NCBI GenBank assembly: GCA_026708645.1
Contig: JAPOUM010000026.1
Location: 513 to 64,512 of the forward strand
Direction of reading: 5' to 3'
DNA length: 64,000 nt
Origin: Acidimicrobiaceae bacterium
GTDB taxonomy: Bacteria > Actinomycetota > Acidimicrobiia > Acidimicrobiales > Aldehydirespiratoraceae
Both the position numbers and the translations under genes were made by a program. Position 1 is the first letter of the stretch. Each line of letters starts with the position of its first letter. The notes under the pieces are model-generated. The model made no database searches. It saw only the letters and a program-made list of their open reading frames with translations, and was not told the DNA's origin. This document shows positions 35,412 through 44,881 of the stretch, in pieces.

Positions 35412-36059
35412 CTAACTGTCCGCGCCGACGCCGAACAAGCGCCGGATCCGCTCGGTCAGCGCCTCTTGGTCGAGCGCTCCGGCGAAAGTGTCGAGCAGTT
35501 CGCCTTCAGGCGACACGAACGCGGTGGTGGGCATGGAGATGCTCCCGGTTGCCTGGTAGACCTCGAGGTCGAGATCCCAGCCTATGTCATAGGTCACGCC
35601 GGTGGCTGCGACCAGATCCAAGGTGTCTTGCACGGTGCGGTCCTGCGAAAGCCCCAGGAACTCGACTCGCCCTTCGAGGGCTTCGAAGACTCGCTGGAAT
35701 TCGGGCATCTCCCGCACGCAGGGCGGGCACCACGCCGCAAAGAAGTTGACCACCAGCGGCCTTCCGCCGTATTCGGCGAGCCTGCGGCCGGCTGCGTCGA
35801 CCGGGGCGCCGGTTTCTTGCAAGCCGTCGAAGGTCAGTTCCGAGACGCTCAGGTGAGCATCGTCGCGGTCTGAGTCCCCGGCTTCGAGCAGCGGCCCGAC
35901 CAAGAAGGCGATCAGCGTGGCTGCGACCACCGCCGCGAGCCCCGCAGCGTGGCGCGCCCGCAGGCGCGACCGCAGTCCCCGGGACGGCTCTTCGAGCGCC
36001 GCTTCGGTGGCTTCGCTTGACGCGGGTTCCTGCTCCTGGCGTGCGCAGGCCGTGTTCAT
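35412..36059 (-). CDS. TlpA/ResA-like thioredoxin-fold disulfide reductase (membrane-anchored)
   Basis: VVNFFAAWCPPCVREMPEF active site with one N-terminal TM. The ATG at 36059 overlaps the orn stop. Confidence 0.8.
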   Translation of the reverse strand: MNTACARQEQEPASSEATEAALEEPSRGLRSRLRARHAAGLAAVVAATLIAFLVGPLLEAGDSDRDDAHLSVSELTFDGLQETGAPVDAAGRRLAEYGGRPLVVNFFAAWCPPCVREMPEFQRVFEALEGRVEFLGLSQDRTVQDTLDLVAATGVTYDIGWDLDLEVYQATGSISMPTTAFVSPEGELLDTFAGALDQEALTERIRRLFGVGADS

Positions 36060-36721
36060 GGCCCGGTCAAGAACCCGCAGTCGCGGTACCAGCGCAGCTC
36101 CTCGAGGCTTTCGAGTATGTCGTCTAGGGCGCGGTGTCCCTTCTTCTTGACGGGCGCAGACTCGTACAGCGACGGCTGCCAGCGTCGCGCCAGCTCCTTG
36201 ACGGTGGACACGTCGATCGAGCGGTAATGCAGGAACTCGTCGATCTGCGGCAGATGCCGGGCCAGGAAGCGCCGGTCGGTGCCGATCGAGTTTCCGCACA
36301 GAGGCACGCTTTTGGGCGCCTCGATGTGACTTCGCAGAAACGACAGGACCTGTGCGCCGGCGTCTTCGAGGGTCAGCCGCGAAGACTCGATCCGCGCCAG
36401 CAGGCCGCTACCTCTGTGCATGTCCCTCACAGTTTCGTCCATGCGGTCGAGCGCCTCGGCGGGTTGATGGATGACCAGGTCGGGTCCGGTGGCGATCAAC
36501 TCCAGCCGGTCGTCGGTCATCAGCACGGCGATCTCGACGATGCAGTGAACTTGAGGATCAAGACCGGTCATTTCCAGGTCCATCCACGCGAGCACCGCGG
36601 CAGGATAACCCAGAGCCCGAGCTCCAGCGGCACCGGCAGCGTCGCTGATCCGGCGAGGCCGCAGCCCGAGCGGCCCTCTGAGCGCAGCCGACGACAGCGT
36701 CCGAATGAGAGCCTGCCACAA
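36056..36721 (-). CDS. orn: Oligoribonuclease
   Basis: DEDDh motifs WMDLEMTGLD, CGNSIGTDRRFL and HYRSIDVS. The true start may be the GTG near 36595. Confidence 0.88.
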   Translation of the reverse strand: MWQALIRTLSSAALRGPLGLRPRRISDAAGAAGARALGYPAAVLAWMDLEMTGLDPQVHCIVEIAVLMTDDRLELIATGPDLVIHQPAEALDRMDETVRDMHRGSGLLARIESSRLTLEDAGAQVLSFLRSHIEAPKSVPLCGNSIGTDRRFLARHLPQIDEFLHYRSIDVSTVKELARRWQPSLYESAPVKKKGHRALDDILESLEELRWYRDCGFLTGP

Positions 36722-36742
36722 TCGGCGCTAGTGTCGCCGCCG

Positions 36743-37180
36743 ATGCTTGAGATCCCGATACTGCGCCTAGATCCTGGTCTCGACCTGCCGCGCTATTCAC
36801 GGCCCGGTGACGCAGGCATGGATCTGCTGGCTCGTGTCGGCACGGTGCTGGATCCCGCAGGAGGCCGGGGACTGGTGCCCACCGGCGTGGCCGTGGCGCT
36901 GCCGGAAGGGTATGCCGGTTTTGTGATGCCTCGCAGCGGGCTTGCTCTCAAGCACGGAGTGACTTGTCTCAACACTCCGGGGCTCATCGACTCCGGGTAC
37001 CGGGGCGAGATCAAAGTGATCTTGGTGAACACCGACCCGACAGAGCCGTTCGAAGTGCGGCGCGGCGACCGCATAGCTCAGATGGTGATAATGGCCGCGG
37101 GGCAGGCGCGGCTGTTGGAGGCAGACGACTTGGGCGACTCGTCGAGAGGCGCCCGAGGCTTCGGCTCGACCGGCCTCTGA
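36743..37180 (+). CDS. dut: dUTP diphosphatase
   Basis: 145 aa with AGMDL, PRSGLALKHG, GLIDSGYRGEI and a C-terminal RGARGFGSTG. Confidence 0.9.
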   Translation: MLEIPILRLDPGLDLPRYSRPGDAGMDLLARVGTVLDPAGGRGLVPTGVAVALPEGYAGFVMPRSGLALKHGVTCLNTPGLIDSGYRGEIKVILVNTDPTEPFEVRRGDRIAQMVIMAAGQARLLEADDLGDSSRGARGFGSTGL

Positions 37181-37255
37181 AGACCCGCGGGTTGCGCCCG
37201 GCCCGCCTCACCGTCGCCGCCGTCGTGTTCGCAGCGCCTGGGCGCGCAGGCGGTT

Positions 37256-37672
37256 TCAGCAGCGCGGCGTTCGGGCGTCGCCGCCGTGGTCGAAGCGTCT
37301 GTTGAAGCGCAGATCGGGCCGGTCGCGCCGCCGCGCCCGCATCTCCAGACGATCATGCTGGGCTCTGAAGACGAACTCGATGACGGCGCCGCTTCCGGCT
37401 GTCTGATCCGACAGCAGCTCGCCGGCCTGTGCCACCGCAGCTCGCAGCTCGTCGGTCTCGCTCGACGACATGACTTGGCGCCGGGCCACGGACACCGCGC
37501 CGACTTGCGCGATACGAACGTGGCTGGTCGCCGCCGGCACTCTGATCACGATCTCGTCAACGTTGCCGACGGACCCCGCGCCGGGCGCCTGGGCGGCCTC
37601 GTCGTCGCGGTCGTCGGCGAGCATTCGGCTCACTGTCTCAGGTTGCCACGCGGCAGCCGTCATCAGGGCCAT
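37256..37672 (-). CDS. Hypothetical protein (weak resemblance to the N-terminal part of anti-sigma-factor/HATPase-like regulators)
   Basis: 138-aa ORF with high GC3. The IRVPAATSHVRIAQ...DELRAAVAQAGELL pattern is only suggestive. Confidence 0.35.
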   Translation of the reverse strand: MALMTAAAWQPETVSRMLADDRDDEAAQAPGAGSVGNVDEIVIRVPAATSHVRIAQVGAVSVARRQVMSSSETDELRAAVAQAGELLSDQTAGSGAVIEFVFRAQHDRLEMRARRRDRPDLRFNRRFDHGGDARTPRC

Positions 37673-37750
37673 CCCGAGGTTAAATCTTTGTTGAGTCGAG
37701 GTGAAACCTCAGCCGGGGCGTTCGCGGGCGGCCCGCTAGCCTGAACAGCC

Positions 37751-38989
37751 GTGGCTCTGGTGGTCGAAAAGTTCGGCGGCACGTCGGTGGCCGGCCCCGA
37801 GCGCATCCGTGTGGTGGCCGACCATGTGGCGCGCCGTCGCAGCGCCGGCGACGCGGTGGTGCTCGTGGTTTCGGCCATGGGCAGCGAAACCGACGAACTG
37901 CTGAGAATGGCCTCCGACGTCGCCTCCGCGCCGCCGGGACGCGAGCTCGACATGCTGATCACCGGCGGAGAGCGCAAAGCCTGCGCGCTCATGGCGATGG
38001 CCATCAACGACCTGGGCGTGCCCGCGGCCTCCTTCACCGGCAGTCAGGCGGGCTTTCACACAGACTCATCGCACACCGCCGCCAAAATCGTCGAGATCAC
38101 CCCGAAACGGGTCACCGAAGCCCTGGCGGACGGCTTGGTGCCGGTAGTCGGCGGCTCTCAGGGAGTCTCGGTCAGCGGGGACGTGACCTTCTTCGGTCGT
38201 GGCGGCTCTGACACCACCGCCGTGGCTCTGGCGCATGCGCTCGGTGCCGATCAATGCGAGATCTTCACCGATGTGCCGGGAGTCTTCAGCGCCGATCCCC
38301 GGGTCGTGGCGCAGGCCCGCCGCATGGATGCGGTGTCGTTCGACGAGCTGCTCGAGATGACCGCGAGCGGTTGTCCGAAACCGGCCATGAGAGCAGTGGA
38401 ACTAGCTCGGACCTACGGGGTGGAACTGCATGTCAGATCCGCTTTCAGTTGGATGCCGGGCACGACAGTGACGGGAGCGAAAGCTATGGAACGCGCCGTG
38501 ATTTCTGCGGTCACTCACAACACCGGCGAAGCCAAAATGACGGTTTCGGGGGTTGCCGACAAGCCTGGCGTGGCCGCGCGGCTGTTCAGGGCGCTGGCTG
38601 ACAGCGACGTGAACGTCGACATGATCGTGCAGAACGTGTCGGTGCAAGGAATCACCGACATCAGCTTCACCGTGCCGCGCTCGCAGGTCGAAGCGTCGCG
38701 CGCGGTCGCCGAGGGACTGGTCGCCGAGCTGGGCGTGAACGCCGTGGCCGCCGACGACGACATCGCCCGGGTGAGCCTGATCGGCGCCGGCATGCAAACC
38801 AATCCGGGTGTTGCGGCGCGAATGTTCGAAACGCTCGCAGACGAAGGGATCAACATCGAGATGATCTCCACGTCGGCGATCCGCATCTCCTGCGTGGTGC
38901 GCGCCGCCGACGCCGAGCGGGCGGTGGCCGCGCTGCACCGATCCTTCGAGCTGGACGTGGCGCCCGCGCAACGCCCGATCGGCTACTAG
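37751..38989 (+). CDS. lysC: Aspartate kinase (alpha subunit reading frame)
   Basis: VVEKFGGTSVA kinase N-terminus and two C-terminal ACT domains. GTG start. Confidence 0.92.
   Translation: MALVVEKFGGTSVAGPERIRVVADHVARRRSAGDAVVLVVSAMGSETDELLRMASDVASAPPGRELDMLITGGERKACALMAMAINDLGVPAASFTGSQAGFHTDSSHTAAKIVEITPKRVTEALADGLVPVVGGSQGVSVSGDVTFFGRGGSDTTAVALAHALGADQCEIFTDVPGVFSADPRVVAQARRMDAVSFDELLEMTASGCPKPAMRAVELARTYGVELHVRSAFSWMPGTTVTGAKAMERAVISAVTHNTGEAKMTVSGVADKPGVAARLFRALADSDVNVDMIVQNVSVQGITDISFTVPRSQVEASRAVAEGLVAELGVNAVAADDDIARVSLIGAGMQTNPGVAARMFETLADEGINIEMISTSAIRISCVVRAADAERAVAALHRSFELDVAPAQRPIGY
38486..38989 (+). CDS. lysC: Putative aspartate kinase beta subunit from an in-frame internal start
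   Basis: The internal ATG at 38486 is preceded by GGGAGCGAAAGCT. MERAVISAVTHNTGEAKMTVSGVADKPG parallels the known Corynebacterium/Mycobacterium LysC-beta N-terminus. Confidence 0.45.
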   Translation: MERAVISAVTHNTGEAKMTVSGVADKPGVAARLFRALADSDVNVDMIVQNVSVQGITDISFTVPRSQVEASRAVAEGLVAELGVNAVAADDDIARVSLIGAGMQTNPGVAARMFETLADEGINIEMISTSAIRISCVVRAADAERAVAALHRSFELDVAPAQRPIGY

Positions 38990-39055
38990 TCGGCTCTCTG
39001 ACGCTTGCTGGGCGGCTGTTTGCCGGTCGTTGGTCGAATGCCCGGGGTCGGCTGA

Positions 39056-40144
<1,089 letters not shown>

Positions 40145-40214
40145 ACAGCGCCCGCCTCCCCGCGCGACCGGTTCAGCGCGGCGGCACGGGCCGTCTCGCG
40201 GTTCAGAGCGACAA

Positions 40215-41102
40215 TCAACGGTCGTCGCGGTCGCGGCCCGGTTCTTGGTGTCCGCCTATTGCGGGGCGTGCTTCGGGCGCCGGCCTGCTCGCGGCGATGG
40301 CTGCGATCACCAAGCCGATGCCGACAGCGTCCGCCGCGGTCGGCACTTCCGTCAGCGCTGCCAGCCCCACGACGACGGCGGTCGCCGGCAGCAGAGCCTG
40401 CAGCAGAGCGAAGCGGTGCGGGTCGACGCGGCGCATCACCGACTGGTCGATCCGGTACGGGATCACATTGGACAGCAGGCCGGTGAGCAAGCCCAGCGCC
40501 AGCACCAGCGGCTGGCCCGCTGCCGCGCCCACGTCGCCGGCGCCGAACGGGCTTATCGCCACCGCGCCTGCCAGCATCCCCACGCCCAATGCGTCATGGG
40601 AGTCGCGCCCGTGCGCCACCCGATGCCCGAGCAGGATGTAGCCGGCCCAGAAGCCGCCTGCCAGCAGCGCGAAGCCGACGCCTGCGAAGGTGCCGCTTCC
40701 CTCCACCCCGGCCAGCACCAGCACCCCGCAGCCGGCCAGGGCCACCGCCGCGGCCGACCGCAGCGTGCGCGTCCCGATCGCGGCCACCACCACCGGGCCG
40801 ATGAACTCGATGGCGACCGTGTTGCCCAGCGGCAGCCTGTCGAGGGCCAAATAGAAGCAGAGGTTCATCGCTGCCAGCGACACTCCGAAACTGGCCGCCA
40901 GCGCCAACTCTGGAGCTTTCCAGCGTCTGCGCCATGAGCGGCGCAGCACCACGATCACCACCGCCGCTCCCAGCACCCTCAGCCAGGTCACGCCCGCCGG
41001 GGACAGATGATCGAACAGCAACGCTGCCACCGCCGCGCCGGAATACTGCGACACCGCTCCGATCACGAACAACGGCTCCGCTGAGAGCTCGCGGCTGCGC
41101 AT
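40215..41102 (-). CDS. EamA/DMT-family transporter (RhtA-like)
   Basis: 295 aa with 10 predicted TM helices and the duplicated EamA pattern. Confidence 0.7.
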   Translation of the reverse strand: MRSRELSAEPLFVIGAVSQYSGAAVAALLFDHLSPAGVTWLRVLGAAVVIVVLRRSWRRRWKAPELALAASFGVSLAAMNLCFYLALDRLPLGNTVAIEFIGPVVVAAIGTRTLRSAAAVALAGCGVLVLAGVEGSGTFAGVGFALLAGGFWAGYILLGHRVAHGRDSHDALGVGMLAGAVAISPFGAGDVGAAAGQPLVLALGLLTGLLSNVIPYRIDQSVMRRVDPHRFALLQALLPATAVVVGLAALTEVPTAADAVGIGLVIAAIAASRPAPEARPAIGGHQEPGRDRDDR

Positions 41103-41126
41103 CAGGCTCGCCGATAGGGTGCCGCG

Positions 41127-41633
41127 ATGAAACTTGACGACCAGCTGGTGAACCGGCTCACCTGGAAGATCCCCAACGCCTTGGCCTTGATCGGCTCGCG
41201 TTCAGGCGAAGAACGCAACGGCATGACCGCCAGCTGGATCACGCAGCTGTCGATGGAACCGGTGCTCATAGGCGTGTCCGTGGACAATACCGCGGTGACG
41301 CATCGGCTCATTTCCGAAGGGGGCTCGTTCACAGTCAACCTTTGGGACTCCCAAGACACTCGAGTGTTCGTCAAGTTCTCGAAACCCGCAAACTACGCGG
41401 ACGGGGCCCTCAATGCGCGGGCCGTGCGATCCGCCGCCACTGGAGCGCCGGTGTTCGACGAGGCGACCGCCTGGATGGACTGCGAGGTGCGCCAGGCCAT
41501 CGACTTCGGAACGCACACCCTGTTCGTGGGCGAGCTAGTCGACGGCGCCATCCGCGATGACGAGGCCCGCCCGGCTTCGATGAGCGACACCCGCATGAAA
41601 TACGGAGGCGTCAAACGCGGCGGCCACGGCTAG
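41127..41633 (+). CDS. Flavin reductase-like FMN-binding protein
   Basis: NGMTASWITQLSMEPVLIGVSV and the split-barrel pattern. 168 aa. Confidence 0.75.
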   Translation: MKLDDQLVNRLTWKIPNALALIGSRSGEERNGMTASWITQLSMEPVLIGVSVDNTAVTHRLISEGGSFTVNLWDSQDTRVFVKFSKPANYADGALNARAVRSAATGAPVFDEATAWMDCEVRQAIDFGTHTLFVGELVDGAIRDDEARPASMSDTRMKYGGVKRGGHG

Positions 41634-41758
41634 ACCCCGTCCGGCAACCAAAGCACCGCCACCGCTTCGATTATATGAACTGACTTGTCATACCCTTCAT
41701 GTAGTGTCGTGTCACTGGTTGAGGCGAGTCGCCGGCAGCGCGGACAGAGGGAGGGATC

Positions 41759-41911
41759 ATGCCGCTACTCAGAGGCATCAAGCAGATGACAGAGCGTGAA
41801 GCGTCTCTGGCCGTCGATTCGGCTGCGTCGCATCCGACGGGCTCAAAAATCGGAACAATCACAACCATCGACCTTTTCGCAGGGGCAGGCGGGCTCAGCC
41901 GTAGGCCCTGA
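41759..41911 (+). pseudogene. 50-codon N-terminal stub of a DNA (cytosine-5)-methyltransferase
   Basis: A GGAGGG RBS, then MPLLRG...GTITTIDLFAGAGGLS (C5-MTase motif I, FxGxG), followed by a stop. It abuts the 3' end of tRNA-Pro. Confidence 0.55.
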
Positions 41912-41966
41912 GGTCGTTGAGATCACGCACCCGAGTGGGACTTGCGTGCGGAGCATAGGTGGGGTG

Positions 41967-42040
41967 TCGGGCAGGCGGGATTTGAACCCACGACCTCCTC
42001 GTCCCGAACGAGGCGCGCTACCAAGCTGCGCCACTGCCCG
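41967..42040 (-). tRNA. tRNA-Pro (CGG)
   Basis: The reverse complement reads CGGGCAGTGGCGCAGCTTGGTAGCGCGCCTCGTTCGGGACGAGGAGGTCGTGGGTTCAAATCCCGCCTGCCCGA. Confidence 0.9.
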
Positions 42041-42103
42041 TGTGCAGCGACTGTGCAGGCTAGCCGTGATGCCTGCGTTCGCGCCACGCGCTCTTTGAGC
42101 GGC

Positions 42104-42496
42104 TCAAGCGTCGACCGGGGCGTCTGCCGCTTCGGCCAGTGACTGCGAAACCTGTCGGGCCAGCCGCAGCGGATCCACCGGCTTGACCAGCCAAGCGTCG
42201 GCTTCGCTGCGGCGAGCCAGGAACTCGTCGGCGTCACGGTCGAGCATCATCAGCACCGGCCGCGTCGCCAGTCGGCCCATCTGCTCCTCTTGGCGGATGG
42301 CCAGGCAAGTCGCCATGCCGCCCATGTTGCCGACCTGCATGTCGAGCAGCACCAAATGCGGCTCGACCGAGCGGATCGCATCCAGCGTGTCGCTGCCTTT
42401 GCGCACTCGATGCAGGCGATGCTCGCCGCCCAGCGCCGCCTCGCACTGCTGCGCGAGCCAGTCGGCGTCCGTCACCAGCAGAACTTTGCTCACCAT
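42104..42496 (-). CDS. Single-domain response regulator (CheY-like receiver)
   Basis: VLLVTDAD, LVLLDMQVGNMGG (phospho-acceptor Asp) and LVKPVDP (conserved Lys). Confidence 0.8.
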   Translation of the reverse strand: MVSKVLLVTDADWLAQQCEAALGGEHRLHRVRKGSDTLDAIRSVEPHLVLLDMQVGNMGGMATCLAIRQEEQMGRLATRPVLMMLDRDADEFLARRSEADAWLVKPVDPLRLARQVSQSLAEAADAPVDA

Positions 42497-42645
42497 GTTT
42501 GAGGGTAGCGCTTGCTGGCGCCTTCCTGAAGTGTCCGGACTTCACTGTGCGGTCATCGCCGTCAGAGCTACACGGGCCTCGCTGACTGCTGCCTGCGGGC
42601 TTCGGCCTGACGGTTGGCCGTGAAGCGCCGCTAGCCTCTTCAGCC

Positions 42646-43023
42646 ATGCTGCAACTGGAGTCGATTCACCATGAAGGAGACGAAGGCGGCGGCAGTGCGG
42701 CGTCTTATCACCTGCTGCGCCCCACCGGCGAACTCGATGCCTACACGGTGGCGCAGTTTCGTGAGGCGCTGGCCTCCCACGCCGCTTCGGGGCGCCTGGT
42801 GGTGGACCTCTGCGGCGTGCCGTTCATCGACTCAGCCGGTCTCGGCGCTTTGATCGGAGGCATCCGTCGCATCCGCGAGAACGAGGGCCGTGTCGTCGTC
42901 CATTGCGACGGCGCCACGCTGCTGCGCCTGCTGCACACCACCGGCTTCGACCGGATCGTGCCGGTGAAAGAGACCCTCGAAGCCGCCGTCGCAGCGCTTG
43001 ATGACGACGCCGCAGGCAGCTGA
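42646..43023 (+). CDS. STAS-domain anti-sigma-factor antagonist
   Basis: GELDAYTVAQFREAL...VDLCGVPFIDSAGLGALIGG is the SpoIIAA/RsbV-type core. Confidence 0.8.
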   Translation: MLQLESIHHEGDEGGGSAASYHLLRPTGELDAYTVAQFREALASHAASGRLVVDLCGVPFIDSAGLGALIGGIRRIRENEGRVVVHCDGATLLRLLHTTGFDRIVPVKETLEAAVAALDDDAAGS

Positions 43024-43075
43024 CCCGGCCGCCGACGGGTCCGCGACGACACCAGCAGCAAGAAACTTCTCCGGA

Positions 43076-44452
43076 GTGAGGTGCCCTCGACGCGCCGTCG
43101 GTGCCGTCTCTTTGGCTCTGGGTCTGATACTGGCTCTGGTTCCCGCCGCCTTGGCAGGCACTGCAGGTGCCGCCTCCGCTTCCGACGGCAGCAACCCTGT
43201 TGAAGCGAGCATTGTTGCCGTTGATTCTGCTGCCGGCGCCGCAGCAGGTCTCGCAGCTCAGGCGTCGGCCGGCGTGGTGGACGTGATCCAGGTCTCGGGT
43301 TACCTCGACGCCATCATGGCCGACTTCATCGAGCGGTCCATCGACAAGGCCCAGGCCCGCGGCGCTTTGGCGCTGGTGCTGCAGACCAACAGTTCCAGAG
43401 CCACTGTCAGCGAGCAGCGCCTGATCGAGCTCGGTGAGCGCATCAGCGGTTCCAGAGTGCCGGTCACGATGTGGGTCGGTCCGTCCGGCGCCGTCGCCGC
43501 CGGAGGCGTCGGGCAGCTGGGGGGACTGGTCTCTGATCTGGCGCTGGCGCCCGGATCCGAGCTGGGCGACCTCGGCGAGCCGATCTTCTCATCCCAGCAG
43601 ATGTCGGAGAGCTTCGCTCAGAGCTATCCGCGCCTGCGCTCCGAGCGGATCTCCTCAGCGCGAGCCATCGAGACGGGCCTCGCCCGAGAGGCGCCCACCT
43701 TGCCGTTCTTCGTGCTCGACCTGCCCGGCTTCGAAACCGAGATAGACGACTCCGGCGCCGAGCCGGTGAGGGTGCCGGTGAGCTCTGTCCGCTTCTCCAA
43801 GCTCGCCCAGTTCGATCAGTTCATGCACACCGTGGCCAGCCCGGCGGTCGCTTACCTGCTCTTTCTGGCAGGCGCGGGGCTTCTGGTGTTCGAGTTGTTC
43901 ACCGGCGGGGTCGGCATCGCAGGCGGGCTAGGCGCCGCCTCTTTTTTGCTCGGCTGCTACGGGCTGGCGGCGCTGCCGGCTCGAGGCTGGGCGATGGCGC
44001 TGCTGCTGGTCGCCATGTTCGGCTATGCGGTGGACATACAGACCGGCGTGCCCAGGGTCTGGACTGTGATCGCGACCCTGTGCCTGGTTACAGGATCGCT
44101 GGCGTTGTTCCACGGTCAGCTGCTTTCGTGGATCACTCTGCTGGCGGGCATCGTCGGGACCTTCACGGGCATGGTGGCCGGGATGCCCGCAATGGTGCGA
44201 ACCCGCTACGGCACCCCGAGAATCGGACGGGACTGGATGATCGGCGCGTCCGGGGTCGCCCGAGGCAGCGTCAGCCCTGAAGGCGTGGTGATGATCGAAG
44301 GCGCCCCGTGGCGCGCCCGCACCCAGCGTGCCACGCCCATCGCCGAAGGCGACCCCGTGACGGTTGTGGCGCTGGAAGGCCTGATCCTCACAGTGGCGCC
44401 TGCTGAAGCAGCGCCTGCCGACAGTCGTGAAGAGTCCGCTGGCGGCGCTTGA
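43076..44452 (+). CDS. NfeD-family membrane-bound ClpP-class serine protease
   Basis: Signal-like N-terminus from the GTG at 43076 (the ORF opens at 42998). IQVSGYLDAIMADFIERSIDKAQ, a central TM bundle and a C-terminal OB-like domain (GVVMIEGAPWRARTQ). Confidence 0.75.
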   Translation: MRCPRRAVGAVSLALGLILALVPAALAGTAGAASASDGSNPVEASIVAVDSAAGAAAGLAAQASAGVVDVIQVSGYLDAIMADFIERSIDKAQARGALALVLQTNSSRATVSEQRLIELGERISGSRVPVTMWVGPSGAVAAGGVGQLGGLVSDLALAPGSELGDLGEPIFSSQQMSESFAQSYPRLRSERISSARAIETGLAREAPTLPFFVLDLPGFETEIDDSGAEPVRVPVSSVRFSKLAQFDQFMHTVASPAVAYLLFLAGAGLLVFELFTGGVGIAGGLGAASFLLGCYGLAALPARGWAMALLLVAMFGYAVDIQTGVPRVWTVIATLCLVTGSLALFHGQLLSWITLLAGIVGTFTGMVAGMPAMVRTRYGTPRIGRDWMIGASGVARGSVSPEGVVMIEGAPWRARTQRATPIAEGDPVTVVALEGLILTVAPAEAAPADSREESAGGA

Positions 44453-44548
44453 AGAAACGCTTGGAGCAAGCAGAGGCAGAAAGCAGCCGCTCGGCTTTGT
44501 ATCGAAGCCGTGGTGTGTGCTAGCCCATTGGGCGGGAGGGCATCGCCG

Positions 44549-44812
44549 ATGAGGACTGCTGCAAGAGAACAATCCGAATGGCAGCTGAGAGCCGCCTGCA
44601 GAGGACCTCACTCTTCGGTCTTCTATCCGCCGGAGTACGTGGAGAAACGCCACGAGAAGCGTCAGCGTGAGTTGCGGGCCAAAGACATCTGCGCCACCTG
44701 CTCTGTTCAGCCGCAATGCCTTCAGTACGCCTTGGACATAGGCGAACAGCACGGCATCTGGGGCGGCCTCAACGAGATCGAGCGTCGCAAACTGCTGTTG
44801 CGCATCTCCTGA
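44549..44812 (+). CDS. WhiB-family (Wbl) transcriptional regulator
   Basis: Four Cys in the Wbl arrangement (RAAC...CATCSVQPQC) followed by GIWGG and a basic tail. Confidence 0.88.
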   Translation: MRTAAREQSEWQLRAACRGPHSSVFYPPEYVEKRHEKRQRELRAKDICATCSVQPQCLQYALDIGEQHGIWGGLNEIERRKLLLRIS

Positions 44813-44881
44813 GTCCAGCCGCCCAGTCAGCCAGGCGGCCGGTCCGTTTGGGATGGCCGGTCCGTCGCCTGGGTCAGCCGG

